A stretch of 49,421 bases of DNA from Solirubrobacteraceae bacterium (GTDB lineage Bacteria; Actinomycetota; Thermoleophilia; Solirubrobacterales; Solirubrobacteraceae): assembly GCA_036281155.1 (NCBI GenBank), contig DASUPL010000231.1, positions 1 through 49,421 on the forward strand, written 5' to 3'. Below, piece by piece: positions 34,930-44,805 of this stretch. The notes below the pieces were generated by a model. That model was not told the origin of the DNA. It worked only from the letters and a program-made list of their open reading frames with translations, and searched no databases. A program made the translations under genes and the position numbers. The stretch's first letter is position 1. Each line of letters starts with the position of its first letter.

Positions 34930-35724
34930 ATGACCGCGACTGTGACCGGCGAGCGAGCGACGACGGCCGAGGGTGGATTCAACCCAGCCTGGCGGCGTCA
35001 TGTCGCGGCCTACCGAGAGGTTGCCCAGCTGATGCCGCCAGGCCGCGTGCTGGACCTCGGCTGTGGCATCGGGCACTCCTTCGAGCTGCTTGCGCCGCGG
35101 GAGACCGTCGGCGTCGACATCGACGCGGCCGCGCTCGCCGGTCAGCAGCGTGAGACGGTGCTCGCCGACATGCGCGCGCTGCCGTTCGCCGCCGGGTCGT
35201 TCGCGTCGATCATCTCCGCTCACTCCGTGGAGCACGTGGCCGATCCAGATCGCGTGCTCGCCGAGGCGACGCGCGTGCTCGAGCCCGATGGCGTGGCGGT
35301 GTGGGTGACGCCGAACCGCCTGACCTTCGGCCGTCCCGATGAGATCATCGACCCCTACCACTACATCGAGTACGACCCCGTCGAGCTGGAGCGGCTGTGT
35401 CGCAGGCACTTCACCCACGTGACGATCCGCGGGCTGTTCGGATCGCCTCGCTATCTCGAGCTCCACGCCGCCGAGCTGGCTCAGCTCGCCAAGCTTCTGG
35501 CGCTCGACCCGCTGCGGTTGCGACGGGCGGTGCCGCGGCGCGTGCGCCAGTTCCTCTACGACTGGATGCTGTCGAGATGGCGCGCCGACCCAGACCCCCT
35601 CGCCGAAGCGATCACCACGGACGATTTCTTTCTCGCCGATGAGCCCATCGAGGAGGCGGCCGACCTGATCGCGGTCTGCCGCGGACCGCGCGGAGCGCGC
35701 GAACAGAACGAAGCGAACGCCTAG
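34930..35724 (+). CDS. Class I SAM-dependent methyltransferase
   Basis: VLDLGCGIG, VGVD, ADMRALPF, HSVEHV, TPN, YHYIEY. Confidence 0.9.
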   Translation: MTATVTGERATTAEGGFNPAWRRHVAAYREVAQLMPPGRVLDLGCGIGHSFELLAPRETVGVDIDAAALAGQQRETVLADMRALPFAAGSFASIISAHSVEHVADPDRVLAEATRVLEPDGVAVWVTPNRLTFGRPDEIIDPYHYIEYDPVELERLCRRHFTHVTIRGLFGSPRYLELHAAELAQLAKLLALDPLRLRRAVPRRVRQFLYDWMLSRWRADPDPLAEAITTDDFFLADEPIEEAADLIAVCRGPRGAREQNEANA

Positions 35725-35733
35725 CGCAGACTC

Positions 35734-37074
35734 CTAGACCTGATTGCCCCGTGCGATCTTGCGCAGGTCGATCGTCGCGTCATACAGCTTCGCGTCGACC
35801 CCCTCCTCGAGCGCGACCTCGCGCAGAGGACGCCCTGACTCGGTGGCCTTGTTGACGATCACGGTGCCCTTGTCGTAGCCGATGGCGCCGTTCAACGCCG
35901 TCGCGACGGCCAGCGTGGCGCCGGCGGAAGCTTCGACGCCCGCCTTGTTGATCTGAATTCCATCGACGCACTTCTCGGCGAAGACGCGTGCTGCGGCCGA
36001 CAGCAGCGCCAGCGACTGCAGCAGGTTGCGAGCGATCAGGGGGATGCGCACGTTGAGCTCGAACTGGCCCTGCAGCCCGCCGACGGTGATCGCCGTGTCA
36101 TTGCCGATCACCTGCGCGGAGACCTGCAACACGACCTCTGGGATCACCGGGTTGACCTTGCCGGGCATGATCGAGGAGCCCTTCTGCAGCTCGGGCAGGA
36201 ACAGCTCGCCGATGCCCGCGCGCGGACCGGAGCCCATCAACGCGAGGTCGCCGGCGATCTTGGTGAGCGACACGGCGATGACCTTCAGCGCGCCTGAGAG
36301 CTCGACGAGCGCATCGCGGTTGGCCTGCGCCTCGAACGGGTCGAGCGGCGCGGCGATCTGCTTGAGACCCGACTCCCGCTTCAGACGCGCGCGCACCTTC
36401 TCGGCGAATCTCGGGTGGGTGTTGAGACCTGTCCCGGTGGCGGTGCCCCCGAGCGGGATCTGTCCGACGTGGATGAGCGCGGCCTGGACGCGCTCCTGTC
36501 CGAGCGCCATCTGAGCGGCGTAGCCGGCGAACTCCTGCCCGACCGTGATAGGGACGGCGTCCATCAGATGGGTGCGTCCGGACTTGACCACGTTGTGGAA
36601 GCTCTTGGCCTTTTTCGCGAACGACAGCTCCAGCTGTTTGAGCGCGGGCAGCAGCTCGTTCTGGGCGACATCGAGCGCGGCGAGGTGCACGGCCGAGGGA
36701 AACACGTCGTTGGAGGACTGGCCCATGTTGACGTGATCGTTGGGATGCACGGGGCGGGCGGGATCCGTATCCGTCGCGAGCTTGGCGATGACCTCGTTGG
36801 CGTTCGTGTTCGTGGAGGTTCCCGAGCCGGTCTGGAAGACGTCGATCGGGAACTGGCGGTCGTGCTTCCCGGCGGCGATCTCAGCGGCGGCTTTTTGAAT
36901 ACGCGAGGCGCCGCGCTTGGAGAGCAGGCCGAGCTCGCCGTTGACGATCGCGGCGGCGCCCTTGATACGCGCGAGCCAATGGATCACGGACGTGGGCACC
37001 GTCTCGCCGGAGATCGGGAAGTTCTCGACGGCCTTGGTGGTCTCTGCGCCCCACAACTGCTGCTCGGATGGCAT
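35734..37074 (-). CDS. fumC: Class II fumarate hydratase
   Basis: FQTGSGTSTN, HPNDHVNMGQSSND, KSGRTHLMDA, GSSIMPGKVNP; GAGGAG RBS before ATG 37074. Confidence 0.95.
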   Translation of the reverse strand: MPSEQQLWGAETTKAVENFPISGETVPTSVIHWLARIKGAAAIVNGELGLLSKRGASRIQKAAAEIAAGKHDRQFPIDVFQTGSGTSTNTNANEVIAKLATDTDPARPVHPNDHVNMGQSSNDVFPSAVHLAALDVAQNELLPALKQLELSFAKKAKSFHNVVKSGRTHLMDAVPITVGQEFAGYAAQMALGQERVQAALIHVGQIPLGGTATGTGLNTHPRFAEKVRARLKRESGLKQIAAPLDPFEAQANRDALVELSGALKVIAVSLTKIAGDLALMGSGPRAGIGELFLPELQKGSSIMPGKVNPVIPEVVLQVSAQVIGNDTAITVGGLQGQFELNVRIPLIARNLLQSLALLSAAARVFAEKCVDGIQINKAGVEASAGATLAVATALNGAIGYDKGTVIVNKATESGRPLREVALEEGVDAKLYDATIDLRKIARGNQV

Positions 37075-37111
37075 TTGGTCTCCTCGTGACACGGACTTGG
37101 CGCGCAGAACC

Positions 37112-37951
37112 CTACCCGCAGAACGCCACGAGCTCCCGGGCGAGGCCCACCGGGTCGTCGTAGGCCATCAGGAAACCCGTGCTCTCGAGCACACGCAGCT
37201 GGCCGTGGGGCAGAAGCGCGAGCGCCTCTTCGGCGGCGAGGATCGGGTGCAGGCGGTCTTCGTCGGCCCACAGCAGCAGCACGGGCATGTCCAGGTGCGG
37301 GTAGAGCTCCAGCAGGTGGACCTGCGGGCCTCGAGGCCATGAGCGCGCGCACTTCGCCCACGAGCGCGCGAGGCTGGAGTTCCCGGGAACATCGGCGAAG
37401 GCATGGCGGAAAAGATCGGCGGCCGCGGGATTGGCGCGTGTGGAGAGGCGCAGGCCGCGCTCGGGCGTGAACACGAGGCGGGTGCCGTGCGAGAGCACGC
37501 GGTCGAAACCCGGCACGGCGGCCGTCCGAGCGGCGAGCCTCCAGGCAAGCCGTGCCGGGCCACCCACTGACGCGGCATGCAGACGGCTGGGCATCAGCAC
37601 CAGGCGGGCGGGCTTGACGCGAGCGGCCAGGATCGCCTGCAGGGCTATCTCCGCCCCAGCGCCGTGACCGGCGATCAGCGGTCGGGGGCCGAGCACCTCA
37701 GCGGCGAAGCCGCCCAGCACCTCGGCGAACCAATCGAGCGTGTAGGGGTGACGTGGACGGTCCTCGGAGTCCCCGTGCAGCGGCAGATCGGGGAGCACGA
37801 CGCGGAAGCGATCCGTGAGCCGCTCGACCGCCGGCTCCCACTCCTTGTGAGAGAGCAGGCCGGAATGCAGCAGCGCCAGCGCAGGCCCGGCGCCGAGCTC
37901 GCGATAGGCGACACGAGCTCCGTCGGGGTGGTGATAGAGACGAAGCCTCAT
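37112..37951 (-). CDS. Alpha/beta-hydrolase-fold protein, apparently non-catalytic
   Basis: LLHSG, PDLPLHGDS, PVLLLWADED; the nucleophile elbow reads GHGAG and the His site reads TGFL. Confidence 0.85.
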   Translation of the reverse strand: MRLRLYHHPDGARVAYRELGAGPALALLHSGLLSHKEWEPAVERLTDRFRVVLPDLPLHGDSEDRPRHPYTLDWFAEVLGGFAAEVLGPRPLIAGHGAGAEIALQAILAARVKPARLVLMPSRLHAASVGGPARLAWRLAARTAAVPGFDRVLSHGTRLVFTPERGLRLSTRANPAAADLFRHAFADVPGNSSLARSWAKCARSWPRGPQVHLLELYPHLDMPVLLLWADEDRLHPILAAEEALALLPHGQLRVLESTGFLMAYDDPVGLARELVAFCG

Positions 37952-38090
37952 ATCTGGCCGTCGAGGTAAGTCACCACAGCATCGTAGGTCGCACCGCGCT
38001 GTGCGGCCCATACCGAAGCGATCACCGACCCTCACCGCCGATCGACGGATGGGCCATTCGCGACCCATCGTCTAGCTTGGAGCGACGCTC

Positions 38091-39176
38091 ATGGACGACC
38101 AACAGGTCCAGAACGGGGAGCCGACTGCGTCGTTCGCAGCGAAGGCCATGCTGCCTCTGCCGCGCAGGCGCGTGAGACGACCGCGCCTGCTGATCAACGC
38201 CGCGACGATCTTGGTCACGCTCGTGTTCTCCTACATAGCGTTCAGCAACATCAACCTGACGTTGGCGTGGCGGGCGCTGCGCATGAGCGACTATTGGTGG
38301 CTGATCGCGTCGCTGAGCGCGTTCGCGCTCAGCGCGCTCACACGGGCCGTGCGCTGGCGCTCGCTCTTCGCCCGCGAGCGCCGTCCTCCCCTGAGCGTGG
38401 TGGCGAACTCGATGGCGGTCGGCTACCTCTACAACAACATCCTGCCCGCGCGCGCCGGTGAAGCGGCACGCGTGGTGGTGCTCACCCAGCGCAGCACCAC
38501 CGCACCCGTGGAGATCATCGGAACGGTCGTGCTCGAGCGCCTATATGACGTGCTTGCGATCCTCCTCATCTTCTTCGCGGCCAAGCCCTGGCTTCCACAA
38601 GTGAGCTGGTTCGGCGCGGCCGCGCTCGCGGCGATCGTGCTCGCGCTGCTGATCGCGGCCGCCGCGATCGCGCTCGCGGTCTTCGGCGATCGTCCGCTGC
38701 GCATCCTCTTGAGCCCCTTGAGGAGGCTGCCGCTGTTCGCCGGCGAACGCCTGGAGCACACGATCTCCGAGCTCACGCACGGCCTCAGCGGACTACGTCA
38801 TCCAGGACTCGCCCTGGAGGCCTTCATGTGGACGGTCCTGTCGTGGCTGCTCAGCGCGGCCTGCGGATACTTCGTGACGAGCGCCTTTCACCTGCATCTG
38901 CCATTCACCTCCGGCGTGCTCGTCACGGTGGCAGTCGGGCTGAGCGGGATCCTGCCAGCCCCACCCGCCGCGGTCGGGGTGTTCGAGGGTGCGACGCTGA
39001 TCGCACTCAAGGCCTACCAGATCCCACACTCCCCCGCGCTGTCCTACGCGCTCGTGCTGCATCTGGTCAACTTCGTGCCATTCGTAGCGGTAGGCGCCTA
39101 TCTCTTGCACTACAACTCGCGCCACCCGCCGTCAATCGCTGAAAAGCCGCGAGCGCCAGATCCGGCTCCTATGTAG
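38091..39176 (+). CDS. Lysylphosphatidylglycerol synthase TM-domain (flippase-like) membrane protein
   Basis: RAVRW, NNILPARAGEAAR, ERLYD, PAAVGVFE; multiple TM helices. Confidence 0.88.
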   Translation: MDDQQVQNGEPTASFAAKAMLPLPRRRVRRPRLLINAATILVTLVFSYIAFSNINLTLAWRALRMSDYWWLIASLSAFALSALTRAVRWRSLFARERRPPLSVVANSMAVGYLYNNILPARAGEAARVVVLTQRSTTAPVEIIGTVVLERLYDVLAILLIFFAAKPWLPQVSWFGAAALAAIVLALLIAAAAIALAVFGDRPLRILLSPLRRLPLFAGERLEHTISELTHGLSGLRHPGLALEAFMWTVLSWLLSAACGYFVTSAFHLHLPFTSGVLVTVAVGLSGILPAPPAAVGVFEGATLIALKAYQIPHSPALSYALVLHLVNFVPFVAVGAYLLHYNSRHPPSIAEKPRAPDPAPM

Positions 39177-39926
39177 GGCAAGCTGCGCGACGGTCACGAG
39201 CGTCTTGATCCCATACACGAGGCTCTGCCGCACCGAGGCGGAGGACGCCTCGGGGAAGTACTTCGTCGCAACCGGCACCTCCACGATCCGCTGCTTCCAG
39301 TGGATCGCCTGGGCGATCACCTGGGTGTCGAAGACGAAGTCGTTGGCGTTGCGCAGATAGGGAATGCTCTCGAGGAACCGCCGGCTGTAAGCCCGATAGC
39401 CGGTGTGCAACTCGCTGAACGACTGCCCGAGCACCCAACTCTCCACGGAGGTCAAAAAGCGGTTGGATATGTACTTGTACAGTGGCATCCCTCCGGCACG
39501 CGCGCCTCCCGGGTCGAGGAAGCGAGAACCGAGGACCATGTCCGCCTCGCCACGCAGAATCGGGCGCACGAGGGAGGGCAGCAGGCTGGGGTCGTACTGA
39601 CCATCGGGGTGGAGCATCACGACCACGTCGACATCGCCTCGCAACGCCGCCGTGTAACAGGTCTTCTGATTTCCGCCGTAGCCGACGTTGTGATGGTGGT
39701 GGATGATCTCGAGCGAGAGCGCCTTTGCCACCGTGACGGTCTCATCGCGCGACGCGTCGTCGACGAGGATCACGCTCGTCACCCATTCGGTCGGGATGTC
39801 GCGCCAGGTTAAGGCAAGCGTCCGCGCCGCGTTGTAAGCCGGCATGACAACGATGATCTGCTTGCCACGGAGCAGCTCGGCATCCTCCGAGGACATCCGC
39901 TGCTCGACCGCCATCTCTGGACTCAT
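39132..39926 (-). CDS. GT2 glycosyltransferase (polyprenol-phosphate glycosyltransferase-like)
   Basis: VVMPAYNA, VDDASRD, GYGGNQK, HPDGQY, GSRF, HTGYRAY; AAAGGAGG RBS. Confidence 0.92.
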   Translation of the reverse strand: MSPEMAVEQRMSSEDAELLRGKQIIVVMPAYNAARTLALTWRDIPTEWVTSVILVDDASRDETVTVAKALSLEIIHHHHNVGYGGNQKTCYTAALRGDVDVVVMLHPDGQYDPSLLPSLVRPILRGEADMVLGSRFLDPGGARAGGMPLYKYISNRFLTSVESWVLGQSFSELHTGYRAYSRRFLESIPYLRNANDFVFDTQVIAQAIHWKQRIVEVPVATKYFPEASSASVRQSLVYGIKTLVTVAQLALHRSRIWRSRLFSD

Positions 39927-40226
39927 GCGCTTCCTCCTTTCGCGTGTGGTTACGTGCGCGTCGTAGTGTCCCGCGCCTCCGACAGCCGAGCAAAGCGGTT
40001 CCTCCCCAGCGAGATGCGAAACGTCGAAGCGCGTCTCTCCACCAAGCAGCACCGGAGCAGTCGGAGATCGGGCACATCCGCGTGATACACCGAGATGTTT
40101 CTGGCTTCACCACCCGCGGCCGCTCGAGCGTGGCGGGGATGCACAACAGTGAGAGACAGATCGCCAAAAGTCAACGGTCGTCGACGTGCTTGCTTCTATA
40201 TTCCCCGCACTGTGACCGGTCGGGAG

Positions 40227-40778
40227 ATGTTGGTCAGGCTCGCAAGGACCGGCATCGTCCCGGATCCGGACTATGCGCTGAACCACCTCGTCAACCGGAT
40301 ACCGCTGGTTGGCGCACGGATGCGCGCGTACGCGGCATGTGGTGTGAAGTTCGACGAGGTCGCGAATACCCACATCTCCCTCGGCGTGGAGATGTGGGTC
40401 GGGCGGCGACTGTCGATGGGGGCTCGTGCCACGATCGGACAACGCTGTTACATCGACGCGCGCGGAGGCATCCGCATGGACTCCAACGCGAGCATCTCAC
40501 GGGAAGCCGCCCTCCTCACCGCGACACACATTCCCGACGATCCGGACTTCACAGCGACGATGGCGCCCATCCACCTCGAGCGTGGCAGCTGGATCGGCGT
40601 GCGCGCGCTGCTGCTGCCCGGTGTTCGCGTGGGTGAAGGAGCGGTGGTGGGCGCGGGCGCTGTCGTCACCTCGGACGTGGCGCCCTACGACATCGTCGCC
40701 GGCGTGCCCGCGCGAACGCTGCGAAAACGTGCCGAGACAATGAACTTCGAGGGTTACTGGCGCCCGAGCTGGTACTGA
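40227..40778 (+). CDS. Hexapeptide-repeat O-acyltransferase
   Basis: WIGVRALLLPGVRVGEGAVVGAGAVVTSDV...VAGVPAR. Confidence 0.9.
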   Translation: MLVRLARTGIVPDPDYALNHLVNRIPLVGARMRAYAACGVKFDEVANTHISLGVEMWVGRRLSMGARATIGQRCYIDARGGIRMDSNASISREAALLTATHIPDDPDFTATMAPIHLERGSWIGVRALLLPGVRVGEGAVVGAGAVVTSDVAPYDIVAGVPARTLRKRAETMNFEGYWRPSWY

Positions 40779-40791
40779 CGCACGACCCGCT

Positions 40792-42324
40792 CTAGCCAGA
40801 GCGCGAGGGGCGCCGCCGCTGGATCTGCTCGAGCAGCTCGGCGGGTATGGCGCCGAGCGCCACCAGCGCGACGCCGTAAACGCCCAACGCGAGCATCGGC
40901 CTGAGGGCATCGGGGAGACCCGGGGGGATCAACGCCAGTGCCCCCAGCGACGCTGCCAGCGCCGCGCGTGACATCCCCCTCACCGATACCCGCGGGCGCG
41001 CGCCGACACGCACGAGCGCGATCGCAAGCCCGACGGCGTAGAGCAACTCGACCGCCGTCGTGGCGCCAGCCGCGCCCACGGCGCCGTAGGCGGATGCGAA
41101 CACGCTCGTGAGCACACCGCTCAGGAGCAGCACCGCGAGGTTGATCAGCAGCATCTCGCGGTAACGGCCCAGGCTGAGCAGGCCGTAGCCGAGCACCGCA
41201 CCGGCGAACGTCGCGATCAGAGCCACCCCCTGGATCCGCAGAACGACCACAGCGGGATCGAACTTCGGCCCGGCGACTACGGCGATCACGAAGCTCGCAC
41301 CGGTGATCAGGAACAGTCCCGTGGCCAGCCCCAGCAGCAGACAGACATCGAACGTGCGCCCAAGCGAGTAGTCCAGGCGCGCGCGATCGTCACGCGCCGC
41401 TCTCGCGAAGATCGGCAGGATCGACCCGACGAGCAGCTGGGGTACGACGAACAGCACTTCGATGATGCGAAACGACGCGCCGTAGTAACCGGTCTGCTCT
41501 CCGCTGGCGACGTGAGACATGATCAGGATCGCGAGCCTGAAGTAGATGACGCCGACCGCGGTGGCCATCGAATAGGGCAGCGTGCGCCTCACGAGCGACG
41601 CCCAGACGGCGCCGTCGAAACGCGGCAGCAGTGGCATGGCGCGGCGGATCAAGAACCCGGCCAAGGCCGTCGCGGCGATCCCGGCGGGGATCGGCGCGGC
41701 CCAGAAGGGCAACAGTGGAGAGCCGAGCAGGACGAGCACGACGACCACCACAGCGGCTCCGAGCTGGCGCAGCAGTTCGACCGCCGTCACCCACCCCAAC
41801 CGCAGCTGCGCGAGCAGCGGCAGCGAGTAGCCGATCTGCGTCGTCAGCAACACAAACCCACCGCCGGCAAGAGCCGTGCCGAGCACGAGCGTGGAGCGAT
41901 ACCCGCTGAGCGCGGCGAAGCCCAGCGCGAACGCGACCCCCACGAAGATGAACACGAGCCGCAGGCCGCACAGGCTCGCGAAGAAATGGCGCGCCACGGG
42001 CGCGGGCAGGGTGCTCAGTTCGCGCACGCCGATTGTCGCCAGACCCGCGTCGGTGATGCCCCCCGCGAGCGTGACGAGCGACAACACGGTCACGTAGTCG
42101 CCTGTCGCCAGCACCCCGAGGTGTCGCAGCAGCAGCGCCGACGCGAGCACGTTCGCGGGCACCGCGATCGCATACCCGGCCATGCGCACCGCGCCGCCGC
42201 GGATCGCCGTGGCGCCGGCCTGCGGCGTGTCGAGCAGGTCCGGGGCCGTCTCGCCCGGGGCCGTCTCGCCCGCGCCCGCCTCGGCCCGCGCCGCCCGCGC
42301 CGCTGGATGTGAGTGCGCTCTCAC
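40792..42324 (-). CDS. Wzx-type oligosaccharide flippase
   Basis: LLRHLG...GDY, DAGL...VRE, GYYGASFR; many TM helices; GTGA overlap with the upstream gene. Confidence 0.88.
   Translation of the reverse strand: MRAHSHPAARAARAEAGAGETAPGETAPDLLDTPQAGATAIRGGAVRMAGYAIAVPANVLASALLLRHLGVLATGDYVTVLSLVTLAGGITDAGLATIGVRELSTLPAPVARHFFASLCGLRLVFIFVGVAFALGFAALSGYRSTLVLGTALAGGGFVLLTTQIGYSLPLLAQLRLGWVTAVELLRQLGAAVVVVVLVLLGSPLLPFWAAPIPAGIAATALAGFLIRRAMPLLPRFDGAVWASLVRRTLPYSMATAVGVIYFRLAILIMSHVASGEQTGYYGASFRIIEVLFVVPQLLVGSILPIFARAARDDRARLDYSLGRTFDVCLLLGLATGLFLITGASFVIAVVAGPKFDPAVVVLRIQGVALIATFAGAVLGYGLLSLGRYREMLLINLAVLLLSGVLTSVFASAYGAVGAAGATTAVELLYAVGLAIALVRVGARPRVSVRGMSRAALAASLGALALIPPGLPDALRPMLALGVYGVALVALGAIPAELLEQIQRRRPSRSG
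42240..42269. repeat. 15-bp tandem repeat in the flippase N-terminus
   Basis: ccggggccgtctcgc x2, encoding GETAP-GETAP. Confidence 0.85.
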
Positions 42325-43331
42325 ACGCTGGGCGCGAGTGACTTGACCTGGCGCAAGACGCGCCGCAGGGGCTTGTGGTCGAGCGTCACAAAAACCCGCC
42401 CTCGCACGGGATCGCATGTCCTGGGCACACGAACGCGAGTCCTCTCACGCGCCTCGCGGAAATCCCTCAACAGCGTCTGGGCGACGCCGTCCCAGGTTCG
42501 CCGCTCGGCATAGGGATTGCCGAGCGACTCCCGCATGGCGAGCTCGAGCTCCTCCGGCGTGTGCAGCTTGCGCAGGTTCGACGTGCGCTCGGGGAGATCG
42601 CGGAACCACTCCGTGTCGTTGACGAACACGGGCCGGCGCGTCCCGATGGCGAGCGGCGCACCGGCGCTCCCGCCGGAGCGGTGATCCTCGTCGTACCACA
42701 ACACGATCGCGTCGCAGTCGCGCAGCCAGGTGAACAGCTCCTCGCTCTCGAGCCAGCGGTCTTCGCCGAAGCTGTGCTGGAAGTCCCAGTCGTTTCGCTC
42801 GCACACCGCCGCGATGATGTCCAAGCGCGAGCGGCCCAAGCCGAAGGTCTTCACCACCGGCCTGCGCAGGTCGATCCCCTGGGGGATCAGCCGGCGGGGA
42901 CCGACGCCCACGTCCTCGCGATGGGCGTAGAGCAGGTCGGGCAGGTCATATGGGAACGAGCGCGCGCCACCCTTGTCGTGATATGTGAGAGCGGTGACCC
43001 CCGGGAAGCGACGCAGCAACTCGATCAGGCGCCCGCGGTCGTAGAAGAGGTTGCTGTACTGGACGTGAAGAACGTCGAGATCGAGCCGCAGGATCGTCTC
43101 GACATCGAGATCGAAGCGGTGCTGGGGGTGCCAGATCTGCACGTCGAACGCCGGCTTGACCCAATCCTCCGGCGGAGCGAGAGCGCGCTCGCCGAAGTTG
43201 CGCGAGCCGAGCACGGTCACCTCGACCTCGCCGCCACGACGCAGCGCGTCGGCCAGGTGGCGTGAGTACTCCGCGATCCCGCAGCGAGTGTTCCAGGTGC
43301 TCAGGATTCCGATGCGCATCGTCATGGGCAC
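42321..43331 (-). CDS. GT4-like glycosyltransferase (compact)
   Basis: STWNTRCGIAEYSRHL, LHVQY, TYHD, DAIVLWY...SGGSAGAPLAIGTRRPVFVND. Confidence 0.75.
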   Translation of the reverse strand: MPMTMRIGILSTWNTRCGIAEYSRHLADALRRGGEVEVTVLGSRNFGERALAPPEDWVKPAFDVQIWHPQHRFDLDVETILRLDLDVLHVQYSNLFYDRGRLIELLRRFPGVTALTYHDKGGARSFPYDLPDLLYAHREDVGVGPRRLIPQGIDLRRPVVKTFGLGRSRLDIIAAVCERNDWDFQHSFGEDRWLESEELFTWLRDCDAIVLWYDEDHRSGGSAGAPLAIGTRRPVFVNDTEWFRDLPERTSNLRKLHTPEELELAMRESLGNPYAERRTWDGVAQTLLRDFREARERTRVRVPRTCDPVRGRVFVTLDHKPLRRVLRQVKSLAPSV

Positions 43332-43346
43332 AGCCCCGACACGCGT

Positions 43347-44663
43347 CTAGGAATCTGCCTGCGACACTAGCTCCGCCTCGCGCGTGTTCGACACTATGCG
43401 CACCTGTGGCATCGGAACGATGAACTGGCCTCCGCGCTCGAGGAACTCGCGCTCTCGATCGATGAACTCGTCCAGGAAGTGCCATGGCAGGACGAGGTAA
43501 TAGTCGGGTTGCAGCTCGCGCGAGCGCTCCTCGCTGATGATCGGGATTTTCGTGCCGATCGTCTCCGACCCGTGCTTGTCGGGATTGCGATCGGCCGCGT
43601 ACGGCACGAGCGTCTGGTCGATCCCCACGTACTGCAGGATCGTGTTCCCCTTCGTCGATGCGCCGTATATGTGAATCGTCTTGCCTTCCTCGACCAACCC
43701 CCGGCACGTGCTCGCGAGATCCTTGCGTACCTGTTCTGTGGCAACCGCGAAGCGCTCATAGGGCGCCGGCGCGTCGAGTGCCATCTCGAACTCCTTGACG
43801 CGCAGCTGTTGCAGCGTCTCAGCGTCCTCGCCCTCGGGCGCGAAGTGCGCTGCGTTGCGTATGAAGAGGCGCACCGAGCCACCGTTGATGTCGTTCAGCG
43901 AAGCGCGCACGACGCGCAGACCGGCTTCGCCGAGCAGTCGCTCGATCACGGCCAGCGAGTAGTACTCCAGATGCTCGTGCACGATCGCGTCGAACTGGTT
44001 CATCTCCAGCATCGACGGCAGGTAGTGCAGCTCCATCACCCACACGCCGTCGTCGGCCAGCGCCCGTGCGACGCCTTCGACGAACGCCCGTGGATACTCG
44101 AGGTCGTAGAACATCGCGATGCTGGTGACGATCCGCGCCTTGCGGTCGGCGTGCCGTCGCCGCAGATGCTCATATGAGTAAAAGTCGCGCACGACCTCGT
44201 ATCCCTTCGCGACCGCGTAACGGCTGACGTCGGACGGATCGAAGCCGAGGTACTTCAGATCGGACGCGTGATATCCGTCGAGCAGCGTGCCGTCGTTGCA
44301 GCCGATGTCGATGACGAGGTCGCCGGGGTGCAGCCCGACGATCTCCTCCGCCTGCGCCGCGATCTCGTGCAGGTTGGTGGTCATCGTCCGGTTGACGCCA
44401 CTGCGGTACCAGTAGGAGCGGTAGAGAATCGCCCCGGGGACGGTGTGACGCAGTTGCACCAGGCCGCATCCCTCCTCGTTGCTGGTCATGTCACACCTGA
44501 CCAGATCGAGCGGGATGCGCCGCGATACGGGCTGTTCGCCTCCGGGCTCGGCGAAGGCGCCCGCGATGTACTGATCGCCCAGGGAAAGCACCGGCACCAG
44601 CGCTGAGGATCCGCAAACTCGACAGGACGTGCGCGTGGTGAGGCTTGTCCTCGGCAGCAGCAT
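43347..44663 (-). CDS. NDP-sugar C-methyltransferase family protein
   Basis: Zn-site CRVCG...C...CGLVQL, DIGCNDG, DAIVHEHLEYYS, YGASTKGN, LPWHF. Confidence 0.88.
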   Translation of the reverse strand: MLLPRTSLTTRTSCRVCGSSALVPVLSLGDQYIAGAFAEPGGEQPVSRRIPLDLVRCDMTSNEEGCGLVQLRHTVPGAILYRSYWYRSGVNRTMTTNLHEIAAQAEEIVGLHPGDLVIDIGCNDGTLLDGYHASDLKYLGFDPSDVSRYAVAKGYEVVRDFYSYEHLRRRHADRKARIVTSIAMFYDLEYPRAFVEGVARALADDGVWVMELHYLPSMLEMNQFDAIVHEHLEYYSLAVIERLLGEAGLRVVRASLNDINGGSVRLFIRNAAHFAPEGEDAETLQQLRVKEFEMALDAPAPYERFAVATEQVRKDLASTCRGLVEEGKTIHIYGASTKGNTILQYVGIDQTLVPYAADRNPDKHGSETIGTKIPIISEERSRELQPDYYLVLPWHFLDEFIDREREFLERGGQFIVPMPQVRIVSNTREAELVSQADS

Positions 44664-44805
44664 GCGACGGAAGCTACCAGCGGCGTACGGGCTGATTTCG
44701 CCACAACCGCCCCAAGCTCAATAGATGCAGTGATTTGTTGTGATTTGTTCTCCTTTTCGTTTCCGACTAGTGGCAGGGGGCGAGCGCAGCGACTACATTG
44801 CCAGC

